A program made the position numbers and the translations under genes. Below, one piece after another: positions 1 through 6,860 of a stretch of DNA of 64,000 nucleotides (its first letter is position 1; every line of letters begins with the position of its first letter). The notes under the pieces were generated by a model. It had not been told where the DNA came from. It saw nothing but the letters and a program-made list of their open reading frames with translations, and did not search any database. The stretch lies in assembly GCA_015231405.1 (NCBI GenBank), contig JADGBR010000001.1, forward strand, positions 219,964 to 283,963. The letters are read 5' to 3'. Source of the DNA: Candidatus Omnitrophota bacterium. Lineage in GTDB: Bacteria; Omnitrophota; Gorgyraeia; Tantalellales; Tantalellaceae.

Positions 1-702
1 CACCACGAGAATGAGATCGCCCAGGCCAGGGCGCATTCCGGCGGAAAATTCGCCAGGGTCTGGGTCCATAACGGATTTCTGACTGTTAGAGGCGAAAAAA
101 TGTCCAAATCGCTCAAAAATTATATTACTATCGGGGATTTTCTGGAAAAGCACGGCGATATCGAGCTTCTTAAAATGCTTTTCCTTTCCAGCCATTATAA
201 AAGCCCGGTCGATTATACTGATGAAAAGATCAACGAAATGGCAAGATCGAAGGAGAGGCTTCTGGTTTTCCTGGACAAGGCCCAGAGGCTTGGCGCCGGA
301 CGATCCGCGCCGGTCGCGGTAAAAGGCGGTCAAGGCGCCCCGGACGAATTTGTCCGTAAGTTCGAGGAAGCTATGGACGATGATCTTAATACTCCGGTCG
401 CGTTATCTGTGTTCTTTGAGGCCGCGCATTCAGGGAATAAGTTCCTGGACGATTGCAATTTAGAGGAGGCGGCGCGTATCAGCGGATTTATCTCAGGGTA
501 TTCAGGGGTTCTGGGGATGGATCTATCGTATACCGGGGCAAAAGGAGAAGGATCTGAGTTGATCGCGAAATTGATAGAGGACCGCGCCCGTGCGAGGAAG
601 AACAGGGAGTTCAAAAAAGCCGATGATATCAGGGCTGAGCTTGCCGGTATGGGAGTGGCGATCGAGGATACTCCTAAGGGGACCGTGTGGAGGAGGAAGT
701 AG
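1..702 (+). CDS. cysS: Cysteinyl-tRNA synthetase, C-terminal part (5' end lies upstream of window)
   Basis: Frame 1 is open from base 1; translation HHENEIAQARAHSGGKFARVWVHNGFLTV..GEKMSKSLKNY contains the class I KMSKS motif in a context typical of CysRS. C-terminal anticodon-binding region follows. Confidence 0.88.
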   Translation, partial: HHENEIAQARAHSGGKFARVWVHNGFLTVRGEKMSKSLKNYITIGDFLEKHGDIELLKMLFLSSHYKSPVDYTDEKINEMARSKERLLVFLDKAQRLGAGRSAPVAVKGGQGAPDEFVRKFEEAMDDDLNTPVALSVFFEAAHSGNKFLDDCNLEEAARISGFISGYSGVLGMDLSYTGAKGEGSELIAKLIEDRARARKNREFKKADDIRAELAGMGVAIEDTPKGTVWRRK

Positions 703-703
703 T

Positions 704-762
704 ACGTGGTTGACGACTCTGTTCTGTGGGACGTCCTTTGTTATACGTCCCACGTCCCACGT
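704..762. repeat. ACGT-cored GC-rich hairpin element (family 1, copy a) immediately after the cysS stop
   Basis: gtgggacgt(726-734)/acgtcccac(745-753) perfect 9-bp stem with 10-nt loop, outer acgtgg/ccacgt pairing, tandem acgtccc x2. Shares the 12-mer tacgtcccacgt with copy b. No downstream T-run. Confidence 0.6.
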
Positions 763-789
763 TAATAAGATCTATAAGCGGGATACTAT

Positions 790-1440
790 ATGAAAAACGG
801 CATGTTCATCGCTTTTGAGGGACCGGAGGGCAGCGGAAAAAGCACTGTGTCACGACGTTTGCTGGATGACCTCAGGAGAGACGGTTATGACGCAATGCGG
901 ACTATTGAGCCGGGTGATACAGAACTTGGGGCTTTAATAAGGGAAATACTTCTCAAAAAAGATAAAGTCCATTTGACGACTAGAGCGGAACTGTTGCTAT
1001 TCGAGGCTGACAGGGCCGAACACGTGGAAGAGGTCATTAAGCCTTCTCTTCACAAGAAGAGGATAGTCATCTGCGACAGGTTCAATACGGCTACTTATGC
1101 CTACCAGGGATACGGGCTTGGTCTTGATATGGCCGCGATAAGGGATATCGATGATTTCGCGGTTCAGGGAGTGGTCCCGGACCTTGTTATCGTGCTTGAC
1201 GTTGACCCAAAGACCGGCCTTGAAAGGGCGGGCAGGAAAAGAGCGAAGGACCGTATGGAAAAAAGGAGCGTGGATTTCCACCGGAGGGTAAGAAAGGGAT
1301 ATCTTAAAATGGCTGAAAAAGACCCTCGGAGATTCAGAGTGATAGATTCCGGTCAGGATATAGAACGCGTGTATGAACAGACAAAAGCGGCGGTTTATGA
1401 ACATATTGGGTACAATAAAAGGCCAGGAAAAGGCTGTTAA
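790..1440 (+). CDS. tmk: Thymidylate kinase
   Basis: P-loop FIAFEGPEGSGKST near N-terminus; DRF..TYAYQG and lid region typical of dTMP kinase; about 216 aa. Sits upstream of holB as in many bacteria. Confidence 0.9.
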   Translation: MKNGMFIAFEGPEGSGKSTVSRRLLDDLRRDGYDAMRTIEPGDTELGALIREILLKKDKVHLTTRAELLLFEADRAEHVEEVIKPSLHKKRIVICDRFNTATYAYQGYGLGLDMAAIRDIDDFAVQGVVPDLVIVLDVDPKTGLERAGRKRAKDRMEKRSVDFHRRVRKGYLKMAEKDPRRFRVIDSGQDIERVYEQTKAAVYEHIGYNKRPGKGC

Positions 1441-2374
1441 CTATCTCAGGAATTCCGCGCGGAAGAAAAGAGTGGCGAACGCTTATCTTTTTGTCGGTCC
1501 GGACGGCACCGGTAAATCTACCGTCGCCAGGGGTTTTTTAGCGGAGCTTTTCTGCCAGGGAAGCGAGAGCGGCAAGACAGCCTGCGGCGCCTGTCCGAAC
1601 TGCCGCCGCATATCGGAGAACGCCCATCCTGACATAAAGTGGATCACGCAGGAAGGGACCGCCAGGATAGGTATCGATGAGATAAAAGAAATACGGGAAT
1701 TCCTGAGCCTTAAACCTTATGAGTCGAGATACAGCGCCGTCGTCATCGATAACGCGCATCAGATGACCCAGGAGTCATCGAACGCTCTTCTGAAGGTGCT
1801 TGAGGAGCCGCCGGGAGATTCGCTTATTATCCTTTTGACCAACAGGAAGGAATGGCTCCTACCCACTATCATATCGCGAGCCGCCGAAGTCCGGTTTTCG
1901 CCCGTTGGCAAAGACGATATCATAGATATCGTAATGGGGAAATTGGGTATCGAAAAAGCCGAGGCCGAGTTCCTGTCTTCATATTCCGGAGGTTCACCCG
2001 GAACGGCTATTTTAATGGCAGGGGAGGACCTTGAACTTAAAAGAAAAGCGCTTCGCAGCGTTACGGCGGAAATATTGAAAAAAGGCGACCCGTCACTCGC
2101 GGTGTGGCCCGAAGAGGACAGGACTAATCTTATTCAGCAGATGGATCACCTTTTGATACTTATCCGGGATATCGCCTATAAAAAACTTTCACTGGATGAG
2201 TATATCATCGAGAAAGGGGTGTTGAGCGAGGATATGGCCGAGTGTACAGAAAAATATTCGATCGACAGGATATACGGGATGATCACGAAACTTATTGCGC
2301 TCAAAAGGGCGGTAGAGGGAAACGTCAATCCCAAGCTTGTTTCGTCGGTCCTTCCGGGTGAAGTTTTCGGGTAA
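1397..2374 (+). CDS. holB: DNA polymerase III delta-prime subunit
   Basis: AAA+ clamp-loader Walker A GPDGTGKST, zinc module CGACPNCRR, box VII SRAAEV. Start chosen at MNILGTIKGQEK (internal ATG of ORF 1373..2374) overlapping the tmk 3' end. Confidence 0.8.
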   Translation: MNILGTIKGQEKAVNYLRNSARKKRVANAYLFVGPDGTGKSTVARGFLAELFCQGSESGKTACGACPNCRRISENAHPDIKWITQEGTARIGIDEIKEIREFLSLKPYESRYSAVVIDNAHQMTQESSNALLKVLEEPPGDSLIILLTNRKEWLLPTIISRAAEVRFSPVGKDDIIDIVMGKLGIEKAEAEFLSSYSGGSPGTAILMAGEDLELKRKALRSVTAEILKKGDPSLAVWPEEDRTNLIQQMDHLLILIRDIAYKKLSLDEYIIEKGVLSEDMAECTEKYSIDRIYGMITKLIALKRAVEGNVNPKLVSSVLPGEVFG

Positions 2375-2407
2375 GAAAGTGCAAATGCTTGACCAAACAC
2401 AACTAAA

Positions 2408-2460
2408 AGTCCATAGTCCATAGACCATAGTCCATGGTCCATGGTCTATGGTCTAAGGAT
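2408..2460. repeat. Heptamer tandem array forming a 43-bp near-perfect palindrome (AGTCCAT/GGTCTAT units) between holB and ricT
   Basis: Seven consecutive 7-nt units (agtccat agtccat agaccat agtccat ggtccat ggtctat ggtctaa). Positions 2417-2459 are self-complementary about 2438 with 2 mismatches. Lies 30 nt upstream of the ricT RBS. Confidence 0.65.
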
Positions 2461-2488
2461 CAAGAAACACGGTCAAATAAGGAGAACA

Positions 2489-3289
2489 ATGAGTGATATC
2501 GTCAGGGTAAAGCTTAGAGAAGTCGGCGAGGTCCAGTATTTTCTGGCTAATGGGATTACTTTTATCGCAGGAGAAAAGGTCATAGTCGAGGTTGATAGGG
2601 GCCTGGAATACGGAGAGGTCGTATCGCCCAACGAGATTTTAGCCGAGCCGGAAGGGCAGGAACGCCTTTCGAGGAAGGTCATCCGAAAAGCGAATCCATG
2701 GGACGAGGAACAGATAGTCAAGAACAGGGAAAAGGAAAAAGATCTGATAAGTATCTGCAAGAATAAGATAACCGAGCATAAACTTCCGATGAAACTGGTC
2801 GATGCCGAGTATTCGTTCGATAGGGCTAAGATAATATTTTATTTCACTTCGGAGTCCAGGGTAGATTTCAGGAACCTGGTAAAAGACCTTGCTAGCATTT
2901 TTCGGGTTAGGATAGAGTTGAAGCAGATCGGCGTCAGAGACGAGGCCAAGATGATAGGAGGTTGCGGGCCATGCGGGAGGAAACTATGCTGCGCGTCTTT
3001 TCTTAAGGATTTCGAGCCGGTTACGATAAAAATGGCGAAGCTGCAAAAATTGCCTCTAAATCCGTCTAAGATCTCGGGACTTTGCGGGAGACTCATGTGC
3101 TGTCTTGGTTACGAGAACGTATGTTACAGGGAAATGTCCAAAGGGCTCCCGAAGGTAGGCAAGGAGATAAAAACGGACCAGGGGAAGGGAAAGGTCATAA
3201 ATGTCAACCCTTTGAAGCGTCTTGTCACCATTGATTACGGGGATGGGAATATCAAGAGTGTAGTGATGGAATTGAAAGATGAAGGGTAA
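2489..3289 (+). CDS. ricT: PSP1 C-terminal domain protein, RicT/YaaT-like regulator
   Basis: Conserved PSP1 domain with Cys clusters (GGCGPCGRKLCC, SGLCGRLMCC). AAGGAGA RBS 5 nt upstream of ATG 2489. The longer ORF start at 2441 would read through a palindromic repeat. Position after holB matches the tmk-holB-yaaT arrangement. Confidence 0.8.
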   Translation: MSDIVRVKLREVGEVQYFLANGITFIAGEKVIVEVDRGLEYGEVVSPNEILAEPEGQERLSRKVIRKANPWDEEQIVKNREKEKDLISICKNKITEHKLPMKLVDAEYSFDRAKIIFYFTSESRVDFRNLVKDLASIFRVRIELKQIGVRDEAKMIGGCGPCGRKLCCASFLKDFEPVTIKMAKLQKLPLNPSKISGLCGRLMCCLGYENVCYREMSKGLPKVGKEIKTDQGKGKVINVNPLKRLVTIDYGDGNIKSVVMELKDEG

Positions 3290-3294
3290 ATGTT

Positions 3295-3367
3295 CCGTAG
3301 GACGTTGGATGCGGGACGTAGGACGTAAGAAGGGTACGTCCCACGTTCTACGTCTCACGTCCTACGG
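3295..3367. repeat. ACGT-cored nested hairpin element (family 1, copy b) after the ricT stop
   Basis: Outer stem ccgtaggacgt(3295-3305)/acgtcctacgg(3357-3367) 11 bp; inner stem gggacgta(3313-3320)/tacgtccc(3335-3342). Contains the identical 12-mer tacgtcccacgt (3335-3346). Confidence 0.6.
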
Positions 3368-3390
3368 GGCCTGTATGATCCGGGGGAATA

Positions 3391-4959
3391 ATGGCTAAAT
3401 TTTATATCACGACTCCTATCTATTACGTTAATGCGAATCCGCATATCGGCCATGCTTATACTCAGATCGCTGTAGATGTTATAAGCCGTTTCAGGCGCAT
3501 GATCGGCGACGATGTGTTCTTCCTGACCGGGACGGACGAACACGGTGAGAAGATCGAAGAGGCGAGCCTTAAGGCCGGTTATGAAAAGGGGGGGGAGAAA
3601 GAGTTCGTTGATTCCATCGTGAGCAATTTTAAGAGAGTGTGGGATACTATCGGTATCGAGCACGACGGGTTCATACGCACCACGGACGACCGGCATAAGA
3701 TGGTCGTCCAGGACTTTCTTCAGAGAATAAAAGAAAGAGGCGATATCTATCTTGGTGAATATGACGGATGTTTCTGTACGCCCTGCGAGACTTTTTGGAC
3801 GGAAACGCAGGCTGAAAAAGGGCTTTGTCCCGATTGCGGCCGCCCTGTGACAAGGATCAGGGAGAAGAATTATTTCTTTAAAATGGGAAAATACCAGGAA
3901 ACGCTGATCGATCACATCAAAAAGAACCCGGATTTCATAAGACCCGATTTCAGGAGGAATGAGGTACTTGGTTTTTTAAAGGAAAAACTCAATGACTTGT
4001 GTATTTCACGCCCCAAAGACAGGATGTCCTGGGGCATAGAGCTGCCTTTCGATAGGGACTATACGCTATATGTATGGTTCGACGCCCTTATCAATTACAT
4101 ATCCGGGGTGCAAGGGACGGGACTGAAAAACCAATACTGGCCCGCGGATTACCATGTAATAGCCAAGGATATTCTCAGGCATCACGCCGTATATTGGCCT
4201 ATAATGCTTATGAGCGCCGGTTATGATCTTCCAAAAACCATATTCGCACACGGCTGGTGGAAAATGGGCGATGAAAAAATGTCAAAATCGAAAGGGAATG
4301 TCATTGACCCGATAGCTCTTAGCGATAAATACGGCGTGGATCCGGTCAGGTATTTTCTGATAAAAACCGTCAAAATGGGTTGTGACGGGGTGTTCTTAGA
4401 GGATTCTCTCGTGACATTATACAATTCCGATCTCGCTAATGATCTCGGGAATCTTCTTTCGAGGACCCTCGCGATGGTTGAAAAATATTTTAATGGTCTC
4501 GCTCCGGAAGACGATGGATCCGCCGCTTCGGACGATCAAAGAAAAAGGAGCGCGGCACTTATGGCGTCAGTAAGGGATATTTTCCCCGCGCTTGAAGAAA
4601 AGATGAAAAGCCCCGAATTTCTTCTGAAGGAAACGCTTGAAGGTATAATGCAGCCCGTCAGCCTGGCGAATAAATACATTGAAGTATCCGCGCCATGGGC
4701 ATGCGCGAAGAATCGTGACATAGCGTCGATAAGGTTGATAATAAGCGACCTTCTTGAAATACTTCGTTCGGTAACGATAGCTCTTTATCCTTTTATCCCG
4801 GGAACTTCCATGAAGATATGGTCACAGCTTGGGCTTAAGGGGACGCTGGGAAAGGATATTACCTGGGAACATATTTTAGCCTCTTCCGGAAGGAAATATC
4901 CCCCCGGTACGAAAGTGGATAAAGGCGACCCTCTTTTTCCGAGAATATTAAAGCCGTGA
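3391..4959 (+). CDS. metG: Methionyl-tRNA synthetase
   Basis: HIGH-type motif PHIGHAYT, zinc knuckle CTPCETF..CPDCG, KMSKSKGNV; 522 aa. Confidence 0.95.
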   Translation: MAKFYITTPIYYVNANPHIGHAYTQIAVDVISRFRRMIGDDVFFLTGTDEHGEKIEEASLKAGYEKGGEKEFVDSIVSNFKRVWDTIGIEHDGFIRTTDDRHKMVVQDFLQRIKERGDIYLGEYDGCFCTPCETFWTETQAEKGLCPDCGRPVTRIREKNYFFKMGKYQETLIDHIKKNPDFIRPDFRRNEVLGFLKEKLNDLCISRPKDRMSWGIELPFDRDYTLYVWFDALINYISGVQGTGLKNQYWPADYHVIAKDILRHHAVYWPIMLMSAGYDLPKTIFAHGWWKMGDEKMSKSKGNVIDPIALSDKYGVDPVRYFLIKTVKMGCDGVFLEDSLVTLYNSDLANDLGNLLSRTLAMVEKYFNGLAPEDDGSAASDDQRKRSAALMASVRDIFPALEEKMKSPEFLLKETLEGIMQPVSLANKYIEVSAPWACAKNRDIASIRLIISDLLEILRSVTIALYPFIPGTSMKIWSQLGLKGTLGKDITWEHILASSGRKYPPGTKVDKGDPLFPRILKP

Positions 4960-5291
4960 AGTATGATCGTTACAAAAATATTATTCTTGCTAACGATACC
5001 TTGACAGGTTTTGAGAAACGAGTCCTTTTGAACGCTCTGTCGATACCTAGAGGTAAAGTAACGACATATTTATCTATCGCGAAAAGTCTGGGTACCCGAG
5101 CGGCGAGGGCCGTGGGGCAGGCGCTCTCGAAGAACCCTTACGCCCCTAATGTGCCTTGTCACAGGGTGATCATGTCGGATGGCCGGATCGGCGGGTATTC
5201 CGGCGGTGGGGGAGTGAAGAGGAAGGCGGATTTGCTCCGGAGGGAGGGCCATGGGGTTTGTAAAGGAAGGATTCGAGTTAGTAACCAGTAA
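4956..5291 (+). CDS. MGMT-family protein (methylated-DNA-protein-cysteine methyltransferase DNA-binding/active-site domain only, 111 aa)
   Basis: Active-site PCHRV motif and preceding helix-turn-helix (TTYLSIAKSLG..RAVGQALSKNP). GTG start overlaps the metG stop (GTGA). Its stop codon lies inside a GTAACCAG repeat element. Confidence 0.75.
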   Translation: MKYDRYKNIILANDTLTGFEKRVLLNALSIPRGKVTTYLSIAKSLGTRAARAVGQALSKNPYAPNVPCHRVIMSDGRIGGYSGGGGVKRKADLLRREGHGVCKGRIRVSNQ

Positions 5292-5352
5292 CCAGTTGTA
5301 AGATATGGTAATCTTCCTTTGTCCGGTCCCTGGTCACTGGTTTCTGCTTACT
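5277..5352. repeat. GTAACCAG inverted-repeat element (family 2, copy a) overlapping the stop codon of the MGMT-like gene
   Basis: 5' arm agtaaccagtaaccag (5280-5295), 3' arm ctggtcactggtttctgcttact (5330-5352). 14/16 pairs form a long hairpin with about 34-nt loop. Gene stop TAA (5289-5291) is inside the 5' arm. Confidence 0.7.
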
Positions 5353-5370
5353 CAAAAATCGGAGGCTTAA

Positions 5371-6747
5371 TTGCAATTAGTCGACACCCACTGTCACCTG
5401 GACATGAAAGACTACCGGGAGGATATCGATGACGTTGTCGCTCGGGCATCGGAATCCGGTGTCGTCAGAATAATCGTTCCCGGGATAAGTTATGAGAGCT
5501 CGAAACGGGCGATCGAATTGAGCGAAAGGTTCGATAACGTTTACTCGGGGGTAGGGATACATCCGCATGAAGCCGATAAAGCGGAAGGGCGATGGTTCGA
5601 GGATCTGCTTTCTCTGGCGGGAAGTTCCGTGAAAGTTGTGGCTATCGGCGAAACAGGATTGGATAATTACAGGGGAATATCGTCGATGGATAAACAGAGA
5701 CCCCTATTTGAAGGTTCGATCCGGCTTGCGCGCGCTAAACAGCTTCCTCTAATAATTCACTCCAGGAACGCGGATAAGGAGATACTTGAAATATTGAGAG
5801 AAGAGTCGAAGGGCGGTGTTAAAGGCGTTATTCACTGTTTTTCCGGAGATGAGTCGTTCTTGAGAGGGATACTTGATCTGGGGTTATATATATCTTTCGC
5901 CGGCAATGTTACTTTTCAAAAAGCAGGGACACTCCGTGACATAGCGAAAAAAGTCCCGCCTGAAAAACTTCTCCTGGAGACTGACGGGCCGTATATGGCG
6001 CCTGAGCCCGAGAGGGGAAAGAGGAGCGAACCTTCTCATGTTCGTTATCTGGTCGAGCTTTATAAGGATATTTACGGTCTTACCGCCGGAGATATCGCCA
6101 GAATAACGACACACAACGCCAATCAGTTATTTGGCCTGGGTCTTGGCGAATCTTCAAAGATAGCTTATTCCATAAGAAATTCGCTTTATCTCAATATTAC
6201 GTACAGATGTACGAACTCGTGCACCTTTTGCGCCCGTGACAGTTCAAAATACGTTAAGGGCCACGATCTCGACATTAAAAAAGAGCCCCTAGAAGGAGAA
6301 ATACTAAACGCGATGGGCGACGTCTCGGGCTATGACGAGATAGTTTTCTGCGGTCTGGGCGAACCGACCCTGAGGATGGATGTCGTAAAGGGTATCGGCA
6401 CTTATTTGAGAAATAAAGGGAAAAAGGTAAGGCTTAATACTAATGGTGAGGGAGATCTTATCAATAACAGGGATATAGCGCCACTACTGAAAGAATGCGT
6501 CGATAGCGTGTCCGTAAGCCTCAACGCGCCTGACGCTGAACTTTACGATGACATATGTAAACCCGTTTATGGTAAGCAAGCATATAATAGCGTTATTCTC
6601 TTCATTCGTAGATGTAAGGAAAACGGGATAAAAGTCGAAGTTACATGTCTTGATCTGATCGGAGAGGAAAATGTAAGGAAATGCCGTGAGATAGCCGCTC
6701 AGATGGGGGTTTTGTTCAGGTTAAGGAAATATAATGAAGTAGGATGA
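5371..6747 (+). CDS. TatD-family metal-dependent hydrolase fused to a C-terminal radical-SAM domain (TatD-associated rSAM type)
   Basis: N-terminal roughly 260 aa: DTHCHLD, GVGIHPH, AIGETGLD, HSR, HCFSG, ETDGPY (TatD/YabD signature). C-terminal roughly 190 aa: CTNSCTFC (CxxxCxxC) plus GLGEPTL, NTNGEG, typical of small rSAM proteins. TTG start preceded by GGAGG. Confidence 0.8.
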   Translation: MQLVDTHCHLDMKDYREDIDDVVARASESGVVRIIVPGISYESSKRAIELSERFDNVYSGVGIHPHEADKAEGRWFEDLLSLAGSSVKVVAIGETGLDNYRGISSMDKQRPLFEGSIRLARAKQLPLIIHSRNADKEILEILREESKGGVKGVIHCFSGDESFLRGILDLGLYISFAGNVTFQKAGTLRDIAKKVPPEKLLLETDGPYMAPEPERGKRSEPSHVRYLVELYKDIYGLTAGDIARITTHNANQLFGLGLGESSKIAYSIRNSLYLNITYRCTNSCTFCARDSSKYVKGHDLDIKKEPLEGEILNAMGDVSGYDEIVFCGLGEPTLRMDVVKGIGTYLRNKGKKVRLNTNGEGDLINNRDIAPLLKECVDSVSVSLNAPDAELYDDICKPVYGKQAYNSVILFIRRCKENGIKVEVTCLDLIGEENVRKCREIAAQMGVLFRLRKYNEVG

Positions 6748-6860
6748 GGTTGTCGTGATAAGTAATAAGCGGGCAATTCAAACCGACATCCCCTGGGAAC
6801 CGGGGATCATATAACAATTTTATTATCAATGGGTCACCCATTTCCAGGGGACGAAACTTT

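Noticed and set aside
590-793. 67-aa + strand ORF and 523..753 minus ORF spanning the cysS-tmk junction
   Set aside because: Both run through the ACGT hairpin element and overlap the confidently assigned cysS 3' end; no RBS or conservation features; treated as non-coding.
2441-2488. Upstream extension of ricT (start at 2441, MVYGLRIKKHGQIRRT)
   Set aside because: It would translate across the heptamer palindrome (vygl = gtctatggtct) and lacks an RBS. ATG 2489 has a good AAGGAGA RBS and gives the conserved MSDIVRV start.
3355-3915. 186-aa minus-strand ORF antisense to the metG 5' region
   Set aside because: Overlaps the HIGH-motif region of MetRS on the opposite strand; no independent support.
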